DNA of 39,761 nucleotides. Origin: a virus. Its lineage: Duplodnaviria; Caudoviricetes. Below are positions 38,560-39,761 of this stretch, one piece after another. The DNA is taken from positions 1 through 39,761 of the IMG/VR virus record IMGVR_UViG_3300037567_000279. The stretch is one strand, 5' to 3'. Position numbers and translations under genes: made by a program. Each line of letters opens with the position of its first letter. Position 1 is the first letter of the stretch. Under the pieces are notes generated by a model that saw only the letters and a list, made by a program, of their open reading frames with translations, made no database searches and had not been told where the DNA came from.

Positions 38560-38973
38560 TTAGGTGCGTTCTAATAGAAATTCGATAGTTTGAACAAGTT
38601 CTTCACCAACGATACGATACTCAATGCTCACATCAAGAGCATCTTCACTTTCTGAGAGAATCACATCCAATGATTCGACTGTCACACGAGGTTCTAGTCG
38701 TTCAATGGTATTTCTAATTTCGTCTTTCATGTCTTCTGCTGAGAAAACGTCGAACGGTTCAAACAAAAGACCTGTAACGCGGGACCCAATATCCATTTGA
38801 AAGGGTCTCTCTCCAAATTGTGTCATGATAAGATTCCGAACTGACTGCTTGATAGCATTTTCATTAGTAACTGCCCCGAAATCTTCCGTATTCGGATTCA
38901 TATTAAAGGATACAGAGAAATCTTTGTACCCTCGGGACAGGAATTGTTCAGATCGGAACCGATAACGTGCCAA
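38560..38973 (-). CDS. gp25: Baseplate wedge subunit gp25 (sheath initiator)
   Basis: 137 aa, TTG start. YKDFSVSF..NP, NENAIKQSVRNLIMT..GERPF...GS....LFEP and EPRV motifs; adjacent to gp6. Confidence 0.93.
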   Translation of the reverse strand: MARYRFRSEQFLSRGYKDFSVSFNMNPNTEDFGAVTNENAIKQSVRNLIMTQFGERPFQMDIGSRVTGLLFEPFDVFSAEDMKDEIRNTIERLEPRVTVESLDVILSESEDALDVSIEYRIVGEELVQTIEFLLERT

Positions 38974-38987
38974 TTTTCTGATTTATA

Positions 38988-39203
38988 TCAGTGTTCTTGT
39001 TTATTTATAGGTTCAACCAGGGGATTATATTTCATATATTCCCTAAAAGTCATTTTCATCTCTCTTTCTGTCATACCACAGTGCTTTGCAGCATTAGGTA
39101 AGTTCATAGTAGCACTAAAAAGACTCCGATTTGATTCCTCAACAAGTTCAGGAGTGGTAACTACCTTATCTTCCTTGACCTCTGTACCTCTTTTGCTTAC
39201 CAT
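38988..39203 (-). CDS. Small hypothetical protein with an HTH-like segment (71 aa)
   Basis: The ATG at 39203 is preferred over the track's GTG at 39284. MVSK...TTPELVEESNRSLFSATMNLPNAAKHCGMTEREMKMTFREYMKYNP; MNLPNAAKHCGMT..EM resembles a helix-turn-helix. Confidence 0.7.
   Translation of the reverse strand: MVSKRGTEVKEDKVVTTPELVEESNRSLFSATMNLPNAAKHCGMTEREMKMTFREYMKYNPLVEPINKQEH
39002..39009 (-). promoter_or_regulatory. T4-type late promoter TATAAATA upstream of gp25
   Basis: Plus-strand tatttata, about 29 nt upstream of the gp25 start, inside the end of the upstream small gene. Confidence 0.8.
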
Positions 39204-39315
39204 TTCGTGATGTTGCGCTAAGTTTAGTGTTTTGTGAACAACCCTGACGGGTTCTCTTGGGTTGTGCTTGGATGAAGTTGCCACCAGCCAATCCTGTTGT
39301 TGCTCTCTTTGCCAT
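39166..39315 (-). CDS. Small basic protein (49 aa)
   Basis: Below the ORF-track cut-off. SD AAGGA 5 nt before the ATG at 39315. MAKRATTGLAGGNFIQAQPKRTRQGCSQNTKLSATSRNGKQKRYRGQGR, TAA at 39168-39166. Confidence 0.85.
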   Translation of the reverse strand: MAKRATTGLAGGNFIQAQPKRTRQGCSQNTKLSATSRNGKQKRYRGQGR

Positions 39316-39333
39316 AGTTATCCTTTGGGTGCC

Positions 39334-39761
39334 CTAAGATGATAGCACATTTGGTGATCCATATGCAACCACACTATTACATGGATATGACCACCCCATC
39401 CATCCAGGTGTTCCCACACCAAGTGGATCCAAAACACGAGCAACTGGTAGTTTTGTAGCAAACACAGTCAGTGTTGATGTGAAAGCGAATCGAACATGAC
39501 CAATTCCAGCGTTATCTTCAATCGTTAAGTTTGAACATGGGATAGGAGTAGGTACAGGACACAATCCTTTGCTACATGGACACAGATAAATGATAATATT
39601 TGTGCAAGTTGAGATATGTGGTGTGAACGTATCACCAAAAGTCATACAAGGGAGACCATTGATGAGTACAGTTGCCTTGATAGCACTCAGTGGATTGATA
39701 GGGATCAGAGGAGTAGGGGGCCACCAACACGTCCATTCCTTAATAACGATACTGTAAGGGA
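39334..39761 (-). CDS. PAAR-like spike tip protein (T4 gp5.4-like), 5' end outside the window
   Basis: The frame is open upstream of the track's ATG to the window edge: ...WWPPTPLIP...ATVLINGLPCMTFGDTFTPH...GH.R......TVFATKLPVARVLDPLG...PCNSVVAYGSPNVL. This is the PAAR repeat pattern with Cys/His ligands; location upstream of gp25 fits. Confidence 0.82.
   Translation of the reverse strand, partial: PYSIVIKEWTCWWPPTPLIPINPLSAIKATVLINGLPCMTFGDTFTPHISTCTNIIIYLCPCSKGLCPVPTPIPCSNLTIEDNAGIGHVRFAFTSTLTVFATKLPVARVLDPLGVGTPGWMGWSYPCNSVVAYGSPNVLSS

Noticed and set aside
39204-39284. GTG start giving a 98-aa version of the HTH-like ORF
   Set aside because: It would lie almost wholly over the 49-aa gene, which has a clear SD and ATG. 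The ATG at 39203 is more plausible.
1-39761. tRNA, rRNA or structured ncRNA genes; mobile elements
   Set aside because: Intergenic gaps are all under about 85 nt and are accounted for by promoters and a terminator. No transposase, integrase or endonuclease ORF was recognised.

Overview
The window is the baseplate/tail module of a T4-like cyanomyovirus (Kyanoviridae-like; host probably marine Synechococcus/Prochlorococcus, inferred from gene order and protein motifs). All real genes are on the minus strand. In transcription order they are: PAAR spike-tip protein (partial), two small overlapping genes (one missed by the ORF track), gp25, gp6, a 7074-aa gp7-like baseplate protein, a YHYH+Ig protein, a gp9/10-type fibre with a cupredoxin-like tip, a 615-aa structural protein, gp8, a 2476-aa VrlC/DUF4815-like protein, two small coiled-coil proteins and a tail fibre with an Mtd_N-like start (partial, missed by the ORF track). 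T4-type late promoters and one cUUCGg terminator punctuate the module. The most striking observation is that about aa 4180-6060 of the giant gp7 contains six or seven helical repeats that match the phycobiliprotein (globin-fold) pattern by eye. Cysteines are retained at positions equivalent to both bilin-attachment sites (Cys82/84 in C-x-R-D and beta-Cys153/155), and the repeats are nested inside one another. This suggests a possible bilin-binding, light-responsive or photoprotected virion, and a candidate substrate for cyanophage CpeT-like lyases. All family assignments come from motif recognition; no searches were run.
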